From Moraxellaceae bacterium (GTDB lineage: Bacteria > Pseudomonadota > Gammaproteobacteria > Pseudomonadales > Moraxellaceae): 64,000 nt of DNA. Both the position numbers and the translations under genes were made by a program. The notes beneath the pieces are model-generated. The model saw only the letters and a program-made list of their open reading frames with translations, made no database searches and was not told where the DNA came from. The stretch covers positions 11,656 through 75,655 of the forward strand of contig JBOICI010000036.1 of the NCBI GenBank assembly GCA_050739955.1, given 5' to 3'. Positions 54,725 through 63,284 of this stretch are shown here, one piece after another (position 1 is the stretch's first letter; each line of letters begins with the position of its first letter).

Positions 54725-56110
54725 ATGCCTATTGACGAACAAGAACAAGAAGACCGCACACTGGTAGCCATTCAACACACCCGCATGTTGGCCTATATCG
54801 TGGCCGGCTGCGTTTTCGCGGCCGGCATCTATTCCGGTCTCTATGACACCAGTGTTATCGCCATCATTCCGCTCACCGTGCTCGTGCCCTGGGGCCAGCG
54901 CTTCTTTCATGAGTGGCTGAAAGAGCGCTACGCCGATCAGGCCGATGGCGCCGTCATGCTCACCGATGCCCTTGCCGTCGGTATCGGCATTGCCGCTGCG
55001 GGCTACAGCTTGGTGCCGACACTGACTTTCCTCAGTCTGCTGCTCACCAGTGCCCTAGCTTTCGGCAATCTTTATCTGATGACACTGGCCGCCTTCGTGA
55101 CTTTGATAGGCAGCTTGCTGGGCGGCCTCTTCTTCGGCTTCAACGTCATTCCCTATGTAAAAACGCCGGCAGAAATGACTGCGGTGGCCATCAGTGGCTT
55201 CGCTTGCTATGTCGGCTTGTCCGCTTTTTACCTCCGCGAACAAGCCAACATTCTGCTGCGCGCCAAAAACCAGATCATGGAACAGCAGGAACAGGCCATA
55301 CAGCTCTCGCGCAAGCTGGTGAAATACCTGCCCACCCAGGTCTGGGAATCCATCTTCTCCGGCAAGCGCGATGCGCGCTTGCAGAATCACCGTAAAAAGC
55401 TCTCCGTGTTTTTTTCCGACATCAAGGACTTCACCGAAACCACGGATGAAATGTCGCCGGATGCGCTCACGGAAATGCTCAATTACTACTTCGACCAGAT
55501 GTGCAAAATCGCCCTGCGCTACGGCGGCACCATCGACAAGTTCATCGGCGATGCCATCCTGATTTTCTACGGCGACCCCTCCACCAAGGGCGCCAAGGAA
55601 GATGCCGTGGCCTGCGTTTCCATGGCCATAGACATGCGCAAGCAGATGCAGGTGATGCGACAGAAATGGGGCAGCATGGGCGTGGAAAAACCCCTGCATA
55701 TACGCATGGGCATCACTACCGGTTACTGCCATGTGGGCAACTTCGGTTCGGAGTCCCGCATGGACTACACCATCATCGGCCGTGATGCCAACCTCGCCTC
55801 GCGCCTGCAAAGCGTGGCTGATCCCGATGAAATCCTGATCTCCAACGACACCTATCTGCTGGTGCGCGACAAGATCATGTGCCGCGAGAAAGGCACGGTG
55901 CGCCTGCGCGGCATCTCCAATCCGGTGCAGGTCTGGCAGGTCGTGGATTTCCGTGCCGATCTCGGCGCCACCACCACCTGGATAGAACACGAGCTGGATG
56001 GCTTCGCCATGCTCATGGACATCAACAAGGTCAAAAATTACGACAAGGACCGCATCGTGAAAGCACTGGAAGGTGCGGCCCAACGCCTCAAGGACAAGCG
56101 CATCAACTGA
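54725..56110 (+). CDS. membrane-anchored class III adenylate/guanylate cyclase
   Basis: About five N-terminal TM helices are present. The catalytic domain has LSVFFSDIKDFT, KFIGDAILIFYG, and DYTIIGRDANLASRLQ. Confidence 0.85.
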   Translation: MPIDEQEQEDRTLVAIQHTRMLAYIVAGCVFAAGIYSGLYDTSVIAIIPLTVLVPWGQRFFHEWLKERYADQADGAVMLTDALAVGIGIAAAGYSLVPTLTFLSLLLTSALAFGNLYLMTLAAFVTLIGSLLGGLFFGFNVIPYVKTPAEMTAVAISGFACYVGLSAFYLREQANILLRAKNQIMEQQEQAIQLSRKLVKYLPTQVWESIFSGKRDARLQNHRKKLSVFFSDIKDFTETTDEMSPDALTEMLNYYFDQMCKIALRYGGTIDKFIGDAILIFYGDPSTKGAKEDAVACVSMAIDMRKQMQVMRQKWGSMGVEKPLHIRMGITTGYCHVGNFGSESRMDYTIIGRDANLASRLQSVADPDEILISNDTYLLVRDKIMCREKGTVRLRGISNPVQVWQVVDFRADLGATTTWIEHELDGFAMLMDINKVKNYDKDRIVKALEGAAQRLKDKRIN

Positions 56111-56152
56111 ACGCGCCCTCCGCTCTTTCTGCGCCGACCACTGCTTTCTGCC

Positions 56153-56371
56153 TCAATTGGCTTTCCTGCCCTGCCCCCGCAACTGGCGGGCTCGGCGGAA
56201 AGCCGCCAGATACTCTCCTCGCACCTCCTGCGGCAAAGCCGCCAAAATATCGGTGCACAGGCCGGAAATAGCCAAGGCTAGAGCCTCTTTGGGCGGGCTC
56301 AGGGCTTGACCGCAAGGCAGACACTCAGGGATATCGGTGGAAAATTCCAGGGCGTAATAGCCGCCGCGCAT
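56153..56371 (-). CDS. small hypothetical protein (72 aa) at the 3' end of the Hpt operon
   Basis: ATG 56371 is preceded by AAGGAG with a 6-nt spacer. Codon usage downstream of that ATG looks native. The longer tracked version (GTG 56521, overlapping the Hpt stop) has a compositionally odd N-terminus. Confidence 0.4.
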   Translation of the reverse strand: MRGGYYALEFSTDIPECLPCGQALSPPKEALALAISGLCTDILAALPQEVRGEYLAAFRRARQLRGQGRKAN

Positions 56372-56513
56372 TTCAGACTCCTTGGCTTCTACAAGCCTTG
56401 CTGCGAATGCAGCAGAGTCTGTTCTTAGTGCGTGCTCTGCACCATGAAGAGTTTGTCGAAGGACTGGCGACTTTGCGTTGGGCGAGTGTTGAGCGTGGGT
56501 AAAAGGCGCAGCT

Positions 56514-56852
56514 TCAGACACGATCCCGCAATAAAACTACGGCGTGCTGCTGCTCCTGCTGAATCTTGAGCATACGAGGCTCCTGACCCTCCAGGCTGCC
56601 GTCGCGAGCGGCATCTTCCATGACACGGCACTGCTCGGCGAGATAGATGAGACCAAGATTGGCGCTGGCCCCTTTCAGGCTATGTGCCGATTTGCGTACA
56701 CCGTCCACATCACCGCGGCTGAAGGCCTGACGCATATCGTCAACACGCACACCAGAATCCTGGATAAAGGTGCTGATGAGCGAAGGAAACTCGTCGTCGA
56801 GAATGCTGCGCAATTCTTCCAGCAGCGCTTCATCCAGATACAGTTCACTCAT
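56514..56852 (-). CDS. stand-alone histidine phosphotransfer (Hpt) protein, HptB-like
   Basis: 112 aa with the Hpt signature SAHSLKGASANLG. Confidence 0.8.
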   Translation of the reverse strand: MSELYLDEALLEELRSILDDEFPSLISTFIQDSGVRVDDMRQAFSRGDVDGVRKSAHSLKGASANLGLIYLAEQCRVMEDAARDGSLEGQEPRMLKIQQEQQHAVVLLRDRV

Positions 56853-56867
56853 TGGCTTTGCCTCGGA

Positions 56868-58553
56868 TTATTGACCAGTCTCACGCCAAGCGAATTCGAC
56901 CAGTACTTCATTGCCGGGAGCGGAATATTCCACACGGCGACACAGGGCGGCAACCAGTGTCAGGCCTCGGCCATAGTACGCCGGATTCTCGCTGGACGTC
57001 TTGGGCGACTCGAATTTAAAACCTTTGCCACTGTCTTTGACCTGCAGCCGCAACACCCCACCCCCATTTTCGGGCAGTACTTCGGCTCGCAGACGTATGC
57101 TGGCCTGTTCCAGCTGCTGCAGGCGCTCGGCACGCAACTGATAGTACTGGCGAAAACCGTCGGCACTATTCTTCAAACCCGAATCCAGCCCCAGCACACC
57201 GTGCTCCAGCGCATTGGAATAAAGTTCGTTGAGTATGGTGTTGATGGTGCCGCTCTGCGCACGCAGGCCCGGTGCCTGCAAGAGCATGTGCATGAGCAGC
57301 GGCACCGGGTCCATGGTGCGCAGGCTTTCAGCACGCAATTCATACTCCAGCGACCAGTTGCCCACAGGGCGACGTTTCTCGCCCGGCACCGGCTCAGCTT
57401 GCAGTTCAGCCCCGTTATCACGCAGCCGTACTTCTACCAGTGAATAATCATCGCTCTGGCTGCCCTGCTGGCTGAATTCACGCAGATTACCGGTGATGCG
57501 CGCAAACATGTCGGCATGCGCCACATCACCCTCTTCAAACAAGGCCAGCAAACGCTGCTCACCGAACATGTCGCCAGCGGGATTCGTGGTTTCAATAATG
57601 CCGTCAGACCAGAGATAAAGCGCATCATCCGGCTGCATATCCACGATCTGGGCTGAATAGCGGAACTGGTCAACAGCCAGCACGCCCAGTGGCAGATGCC
57701 GCGAAGGAATATGTGTGAGGCTTCGGTTGCCCGGATGATAAACCACACCATCCGGCAAGCCCCCCGCCCATATTTCCGCATGGCGATTGCGGTAACTGAA
57801 CTGTGCGGCCGTGGCGCAGCAAAACACGGAAGGTGGCAGCACCAGCTTCAGGCGACCGTTGATTTCGCGCAGGATGGCTTCCAGCCCGAAACTCTTGGCG
57901 ACCATGCCATAAAAAATTTCCGAGAGCGGCATGATGCCGATAGCGGCCGGCAGACCATGACCGGTGAAATCCCCGAGCAGCACCAGCAGATCACCACCGG
58001 GCTGGCGCGCCGCCAGCAATACATCGCCATTAAAAATTGCCATAGGCGACATGAGATAGCGGATGTTTTCTGTGCGCAGGGCACCGAGACGGGCAATGCG
58101 GTCGAAAATACCCTTGGCCGCCTGCTGCTCAGCAATCAGGTGCTCACGCTGGCTGCGCACTTCCGAGTGCAACCGGCGTACGCGCGAAAAAGCCTTGATC
58201 TTGGCCTGCAGGATGACGGGGTTGTAGGGCTTGCTGAGAAAATCATCACCGCCGGCCTCAAGGCAGGCCGCAAGATCGCGCGCATCATTAAGTGAAGTCA
58301 GGAAAATGATGGGAATGAGTTCATTGCCGGCCAATTCGCGCATACGGCGCGCGGCGGAGATGCCATCCATTTCCGGCATCATCACATCCAGCAGCACAAG
58401 ATCCGGTGGCGACGCTTCAAAATGCTGCACCGCCGCCAGACCGTCAGCAACGGCATCCACCACATGACCCTGGCGCTTGAGCAGGATCTCCATGATGAGG
58501 CGGTCGGTGGGGCTATCGTCTGCCACCAGAATGCGCAGCCGCTGCAAACTCAT
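56868..58553 (-). CDS. response regulator / PP2C (SpoIIE) phosphatase / RsbW-like kinase fusion, HsbR-like
   Basis: Receiver domain (ILVADDSPTDR..LVLLDVMMPEMDG..SKP), a PP2C/SpoIIE core (LLGDFTGHGLPAAI..LYLWSDGIIET), and a C-terminal HATPase_c-like module (LNELYSNALEHG..VKDSGKGF..GRGLTLV). Confidence 0.85.
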   Translation of the reverse strand: MSLQRLRILVADDSPTDRLIMEILLKRQGHVVDAVADGLAAVQHFEASPPDLVLLDVMMPEMDGISAARRMRELAGNELIPIIFLTSLNDARDLAACLEAGGDDFLSKPYNPVILQAKIKAFSRVRRLHSEVRSQREHLIAEQQAAKGIFDRIARLGALRTENIRYLMSPMAIFNGDVLLAARQPGGDLLVLLGDFTGHGLPAAIGIMPLSEIFYGMVAKSFGLEAILREINGRLKLVLPPSVFCCATAAQFSYRNRHAEIWAGGLPDGVVYHPGNRSLTHIPSRHLPLGVLAVDQFRYSAQIVDMQPDDALYLWSDGIIETTNPAGDMFGEQRLLALFEEGDVAHADMFARITGNLREFSQQGSQSDDYSLVEVRLRDNGAELQAEPVPGEKRRPVGNWSLEYELRAESLRTMDPVPLLMHMLLQAPGLRAQSGTINTILNELYSNALEHGVLGLDSGLKNSADGFRQYYQLRAERLQQLEQASIRLRAEVLPENGGGVLRLQVKDSGKGFKFESPKTSSENPAYYGRGLTLVAALCRRVEYSAPGNEVLVEFAWRETGQ

Positions 58554-58583
58554 CTTGCCTCTCCGGCTCTGAAGCTGACTGGC

Positions 58584-58889
58584 TTACTGGATGCTGAAAA
58601 GCTGCTCGAAGTTGGAGATGGCGAGTATCTTCTTCACATCCGGATTGCAGTTAATGATGCGCACGCGCTTGCCATCACCACCGGCGTGATCACGCAGCAA
58701 CAGCAACATGCCAAGGGCAGAGCTGTCGAGATAGGTGGCTTCACGCAGATCAACCGTATAAGACAGCACGTCCGCCTGTGCGCTTTCATAAGCACTGCGG
58801 AAATCTTGATGGGTGCTGAAATCAAAGCGTCCCTTGACGAGTATGGTCAGCTCTTTTCCGTCAGCGGAGGCTGAAGAAAGAATGCTCAT
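58584..58889 (-). CDS. STAS-domain anti-sigma-factor antagonist, HsbA-like
   Basis: 101 aa. The STAS pattern has the phosphorylatable Ser context (TYLDSSALGMLLLL). AGGAG RBS lies upstream of ATG 58889. Confidence 0.8.
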   Translation of the reverse strand: MSILSSASADGKELTILVKGRFDFSTHQDFRSAYESAQADVLSYTVDLREATYLDSSALGMLLLLRDHAGGDGKRVRIINCNPDVKKILAISNFEQLFSIQ

Positions 58890-59140
58890 TGAGGTCTCCT
58901 GAATCCTGTCGGTGGCAGCGCCTGGGCTTGCCCGCATTCTTCACTGCCAGACAGCACAGGGACAAGCCCTGGCGGCAATGCCACCCCGGAAATATTGCTG
59001 TTTCACCAGAGCGACAGTGCAGTGCCGCCTGAGAGTAGTTCAAAAAAGCGACGATTACAGGTTCTTCTGTGTCGGGATTGCGTCACTGGCGAAAAAGGCA
59101 AAAGCTATGCGCCAGCTTCCGCCTTCCGAGCCTCCTGCAC

Positions 59141-59521
59141 ATGAATGCACACGATATTGAAATCTATCTGCAAGGTACTGCCGCCAACAGCATCCTTGAG
59201 TGGCTTGCCACCCGCTTTCCCGATGCTGGCGGCAAACCGGCAAAGCCGGCTGGCAAGAAACAGTGGCGACTGCAACTCAAGCACGAAGGCCACGATATTC
59301 CTGTCCTGGTGATAGAAGATGCCAGCCCCGGTTTCACTTCGATCTGGTTCGACAGTAGCCACACACCCTGGGACAGCGACATGAGCTGCGCCCGCGAAGC
59401 ACATGCACATTTCGGCACGGAAATTCGTGCCACTCCCGGCAGCTGGCAAGAAGGCGACGATCCCGATCTTTGGTGGCATATCAATAATCAGGGAGAGGGC
59501 ACGCTGCACTGGCAGGGCTGA
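59141..59521 (+). CDS. hypothetical protein
   Basis: 126-aa ORF from ATG 59141 with native-looking codon usage and no recognisable motif. Confidence 0.45.
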   Translation: MNAHDIEIYLQGTAANSILEWLATRFPDAGGKPAKPAGKKQWRLQLKHEGHDIPVLVIEDASPGFTSIWFDSSHTPWDSDMSCAREAHAHFGTEIRATPGSWQEGDDPDLWWHINNQGEGTLHWQG

Positions 59522-59664
59522 CCGCCTGGCTGCAGATTTCCAGCACCCGTGCCAATCGCGCACAAGCCGCGCCACGCGCTTGCTAGACTCGGAACAATTC
59601 CCCACGCTGCAGAGCCCGCCAACCACGCTGGCGCCAGCTGTGCAAAAACACGGGAGATGCAGGC

Positions 59665-60858
59665 ATGAGCGCAAGCCATCTGAAACACACCGGGCTGATT
59701 CTTTCAGGCGGCGGGGCAAGAGCGGCCTATCAGGTGGGCGTGTTGCGCGCCGTTGCCGAAGTCCTGCCGCCGGATTATCCCAATCCCTTCGACATCATCT
59801 GCGGCACGTCGGCAGGTGGTCTCAATGCTGCCGGCCTGGCGGCCCACGCCAACTGCCTGCGGTCCGGCGTAGACCTGCTGGAATCGGTCTGGGGAAATTT
59901 CCACACCGAACAGGTATACCGCACCGACTGGCCAGGCGTGCTGCGCCGCGCGAGCCGCTTTCTCTGGACCATGGCCTTCGGCCGCCTGCGCCGTGATTTG
60001 CCGATATCCCTGCTGGACAACAGCCCACTGCGTGAACTGCTGCATGCCAATATCCCGCTCTCACAGGTTCAGTCCGCCATTGAGGCCGGTTATCTGCGTG
60101 CGCTCTGCATCACGGCATCAGGCTATGCCAGCGGTGAATCCGTCAGTTTTTTTCAAGGCATAGCCTCGCTGGAAAACTGGCGTCGCTCACGCCGCATCGG
60201 CATGCGCAGCAATATCACGCTGGATCATCTACTCGCCTCGGCCGCCATTCCCATCATCTTTCCCGCCGTGCGCGTACATCGTGAATATTTCGGCGACGGC
60301 GCCCTGCGCCAGCTCTCGCCCATCAGCCCGGCTCTGCATCTGGGTGCCGAGCGTGTGCTGGTCATAGGCGTGGGCGGGCAATCGAAACGGCATATACGCG
60401 AAAAATCCGTGGCCTATCCCAGCATTGCGCAGGTGGTCAGCCACATCATGAACAGCTCATTCGTGGATAGCCTGGAGGCCGATATCGAGCGCCTGACGCG
60501 AGTGAATAACACCTTGGGCCTGATTCCGGAGGAAATCCGCATGCAGCACTCAACGCTGCGTCAGGTAGAGGTCATGGTGATGTCACCGCCAGCCGAGGTG
60601 CTGGATACCATCGCCATGCGTCACGCCCATCTGCTGCCGAAAAGCATCAAGCTTTTCGTGCGCGGTTCCGGAGCCACGCATCGCTCCGGCTCCGGCGTGC
60701 TGAGTTATCTCTTGTTCGAGGCCGCCTATTGCAAGGACCTTATGGCTCTAGGCTATCACGATGGTCGCGGCCGTCAGGAAGAGCTACGCCGCTTTCTCGG
60801 CATAGATATGCAGCAGAGTGAAAACAGCAATGTGCTGGAATTCAAACGCGCAGAATAA
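59665..60858 (+). CDS. patatin-like phospholipase
   Basis: GLILSGGGARAAYQVG oxyanion motif, GxSxG (GTSAG), and the catalytic DGA (FGDGALRQ). Confidence 0.85.
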   Translation: MSASHLKHTGLILSGGGARAAYQVGVLRAVAEVLPPDYPNPFDIICGTSAGGLNAAGLAAHANCLRSGVDLLESVWGNFHTEQVYRTDWPGVLRRASRFLWTMAFGRLRRDLPISLLDNSPLRELLHANIPLSQVQSAIEAGYLRALCITASGYASGESVSFFQGIASLENWRRSRRIGMRSNITLDHLLASAAIPIIFPAVRVHREYFGDGALRQLSPISPALHLGAERVLVIGVGGQSKRHIREKSVAYPSIAQVVSHIMNSSFVDSLEADIERLTRVNNTLGLIPEEIRMQHSTLRQVEVMVMSPPAEVLDTIAMRHAHLLPKSIKLFVRGSGATHRSGSGVLSYLLFEAAYCKDLMALGYHDGRGRQEELRRFLGIDMQQSENSNVLEFKRAE

Positions 60859-60886
60859 AGCCCGTGGCGCATCAAGCATCAGCATG

Positions 60887-60913
60887 AAAAAAGCCGGCAA
60901 ACGCCGGCTCTTT
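60887..60913. terminator. bidirectional rho-independent terminator
   Basis: AAAAAAGCCGGC-AAAC-GCCGGCTCTTT, between the convergent patatin and tesB genes. Confidence 0.8.
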
Positions 60914-60928
60914 CATAGGCGCAAAGCC

Positions 60929-61801
60929 TCAGTATTTTTCCGGCACTTCACGCAGGCGCATCAAACCCTCCTGTGCGGTGGTCGCCACCAGCTTTCCATC
61001 CTGCGTAAAGATACGACCGAAATTCATGCCGCGTGAAGCCGAGGCATTGGGCGAATCCATTTCATACAGCAGCCACTCATCCACACGCGCATCGCGGTGA
61101 AACCACATGGCGTGATCCAGACTGGCGGCCTGCATATTATTCTGCAGAAAGGAAACACCGTGCGGCAGCATGGCCGTTCCCATAAGGGCAAAATCAGAGG
61201 CAAAAGCCAGAATGCACTGATGCAGGAAAGGGTCGTCAGGCAGGCGATTTTGCGCACGCATCCACTGATGCCGCACGGCCTCCTGCTTCACCGGCGCAAA
61301 CGGATTCACCGGATTGATGGGACGGATTTCAATGGGGCGCTCGCGCACGAATACTGCACGAATCTTCTCCGGAATCATGGCGGCAATTTTCTGGCGCAGC
61401 TCGGTCTCGCTGGGTATGCCATCCGGTCCTGCCACCGATGGCATTTCCGCCTGATGCTCCAGCCCTTCTTCCGCCACCGCGAAAGAGGCCGACATGGTGA
61501 AGATGATTTCGCCGTGCTGTATGGCCTTCACATTACGCGTGGCAAAGCTCTTGCCGTCACGGATGCTTTCCACCTGATAGACGATGGGCGCTGTGGTATC
61601 GCCGGCGCGCAGGAAATAGGCATGCATGGAGTGCGCAAGGCGGCCTTCCACGGTACGGCCAGCGGCCATCAGGGCCTGACCCAGCACCTGCCCGCCAAAG
61701 ACATTCTTGCCCACCAGATTGCGGCTCTGGCCACGAAACAGGCCAGCTTCTATGACCTCCAGTTCAAGCAGGTCCAGGACTTCCTGCATCACATTGCTCA
61801 T
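60929..61801 (-). CDS. tesB: acyl-CoA thioesterase II
   Basis: The N-terminus LLELEVIEAGLFRGQSRNLVGKNVFGGQVLGQAL closely parallels E. coli TesB. It is a double hotdog of about 290 aa. Confidence 0.9.
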   Translation of the reverse strand: MSNVMQEVLDLLELEVIEAGLFRGQSRNLVGKNVFGGQVLGQALMAAGRTVEGRLAHSMHAYFLRAGDTTAPIVYQVESIRDGKSFATRNVKAIQHGEIIFTMSASFAVAEEGLEHQAEMPSVAGPDGIPSETELRQKIAAMIPEKIRAVFVRERPIEIRPINPVNPFAPVKQEAVRHQWMRAQNRLPDDPFLHQCILAFASDFALMGTAMLPHGVSFLQNNMQAASLDHAMWFHRDARVDEWLLYEMDSPNASASRGMNFGRIFTQDGKLVATTAQEGLMRLREVPEKY

Positions 61802-61903
61802 GGGGGCTGCTCCTCTGGGCCGGGAAATGGGGGAGTGAGACTAGCCTAGACCACCCAAAAGCGGAACAGCCGTACCGGCCAAGCAGACTGCGCAAAGGCC
61901 AGA

Positions 61904-61930
61904 CAAAAAAATCCCGGCAGGAGCCGGGAC
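61904..61930 (-). terminator. rho-independent terminator downstream of the MpaB-family gene
   Basis: On the minus strand: GTCCCGGC-TCCT-GCCGGGA followed by TTTTTTT. Confidence 0.75.
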
Positions 61931-62054
61931 TGTAAAGAGGAAAGCAAAATTGGCGCGGGTCAAGAAGCCGGCTTAAGACAGCGGCTTAATAAACCTATTC
62001 AAGAAAGCTCTCTTACCAAGGCTCACTTAAGAAAGCCCCATTAAGAAAGCCTCA

Positions 62055-63026
62055 TTAAGAAACCAAGGCCGGCTGGCCGACCAATACCTGATTGAGCTTG
62101 GCAGTGACGAAGTCCGGCTCGGAATGGCCACGCAGGCGGCGACGGGCTTCCACATAGGCCGGGATATAGGCAAAGCGGCGCGGCACCCAAGGATGCACAC
62201 GGCGAATGATGGCCGTAGTACGACGGAAGCTGGCCAGATTCTTTTCTGTGGCCGGTGGCAGACCAAAGCCTTCGCGCAGGCGCTCCGGCATAAGCATGCT
62301 GGTCATGACACGGAAATGCGACAGCGCCGGCTTCAGCAAGGGCGTGTCCAGATCAAAGAGATAGGACGCAATTTCGCGCGCTTCTGGCGAGACCGTAAGC
62401 TGATCGGACTCCCACATGGCTTCGCAATAGGCCATGAAATCATCCCAGGTCGGCGGCAGATCTTCTTCACGAATACCGAAGCAATAGGCAAAGAGTTTGG
62501 ACTCTTCGTAGTACTGCTCTTTCTCGGCCGGGGTGAGTTCGCGCACGAACATTTCATACATCTTGACCGCGCCTTCCCACAGCGTGGCGTGCACCCAGAG
62601 CATGGAGTTCACTTCATTGGCCTGATAGTGCGAGCCCTGATGGAAGGCGCCAGCCTCCGTGTGAATCTTGCCCTGCATGCCGCGATGGATGTTGTGCACA
62701 GCGATGCAGCATTTGAGCAGCTGATCGGTGCTACCGAACACCATGGTCCAGACATTGGTAAAAGTGCGTTGAAAACGACCGAAGGGATCGCCCACGGTTT
62801 CGGAATGATCATAAACGGCATTGGCCACCCAGGGGTGAGCCAGCTGCAACAGGGCGGCGCGACCAGCGCCAAAGAAATTCACAAAATGCTTGTTCACTTC
62901 CCAGAACATGGTGTCCGGACCGAAGAGACCTTCGGCGGGATCTATGGATTTCTTTTTCAGCACTTCCAGTTGTGCCAGCAATTGTTCGCGCGTGATGTGA
63001 TGGGGTGCTTCAGGCAACTGATACAT
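62055..63026 (-). CDS. oxygenase MpaB-family (DUF2236) protein
   Basis: The pattern FGPDTMFWEVNKH..FGAGRAALLQLAHPWVA is typical of DUF2236. The start ATG at 63026 has AGGAG 8 nt upstream. Confidence 0.65.
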   Translation of the reverse strand: MYQLPEAPHHITREQLLAQLEVLKKKSIDPAEGLFGPDTMFWEVNKHFVNFFGAGRAALLQLAHPWVANAVYDHSETVGDPFGRFQRTFTNVWTMVFGSTDQLLKCCIAVHNIHRGMQGKIHTEAGAFHQGSHYQANEVNSMLWVHATLWEGAVKMYEMFVRELTPAEKEQYYEESKLFAYCFGIREEDLPPTWDDFMAYCEAMWESDQLTVSPEAREIASYLFDLDTPLLKPALSHFRVMTSMLMPERLREGFGLPPATEKNLASFRRTTAIIRRVHPWVPRRFAYIPAYVEARRRLRGHSEPDFVTAKLNQVLVGQPALVS

Positions 63027-63284
63027 ACCTGCATCTCCTGTGACCACGTGGCTTGTGCTGACGCAAGCAGCGGTCTTCTTATTCATTAATGTATGCCGGA
63101 CTGCTGCTCCAAAATGAAAACGGCAGTCCTCGTAGGGACTGCCGCAAGATGGAGGGAAAGGCTTTGGGTCTCAATGGCGGGACTGGGCCTTCATATTGGC
63201 CAATTAGCTCAGAGCTAACAGGCGCTTTTTATCCCGGCAGGGTTAGCAGAAAGCCTGCTTTGGAGCCGGCCAAGCCCGGCGAAA

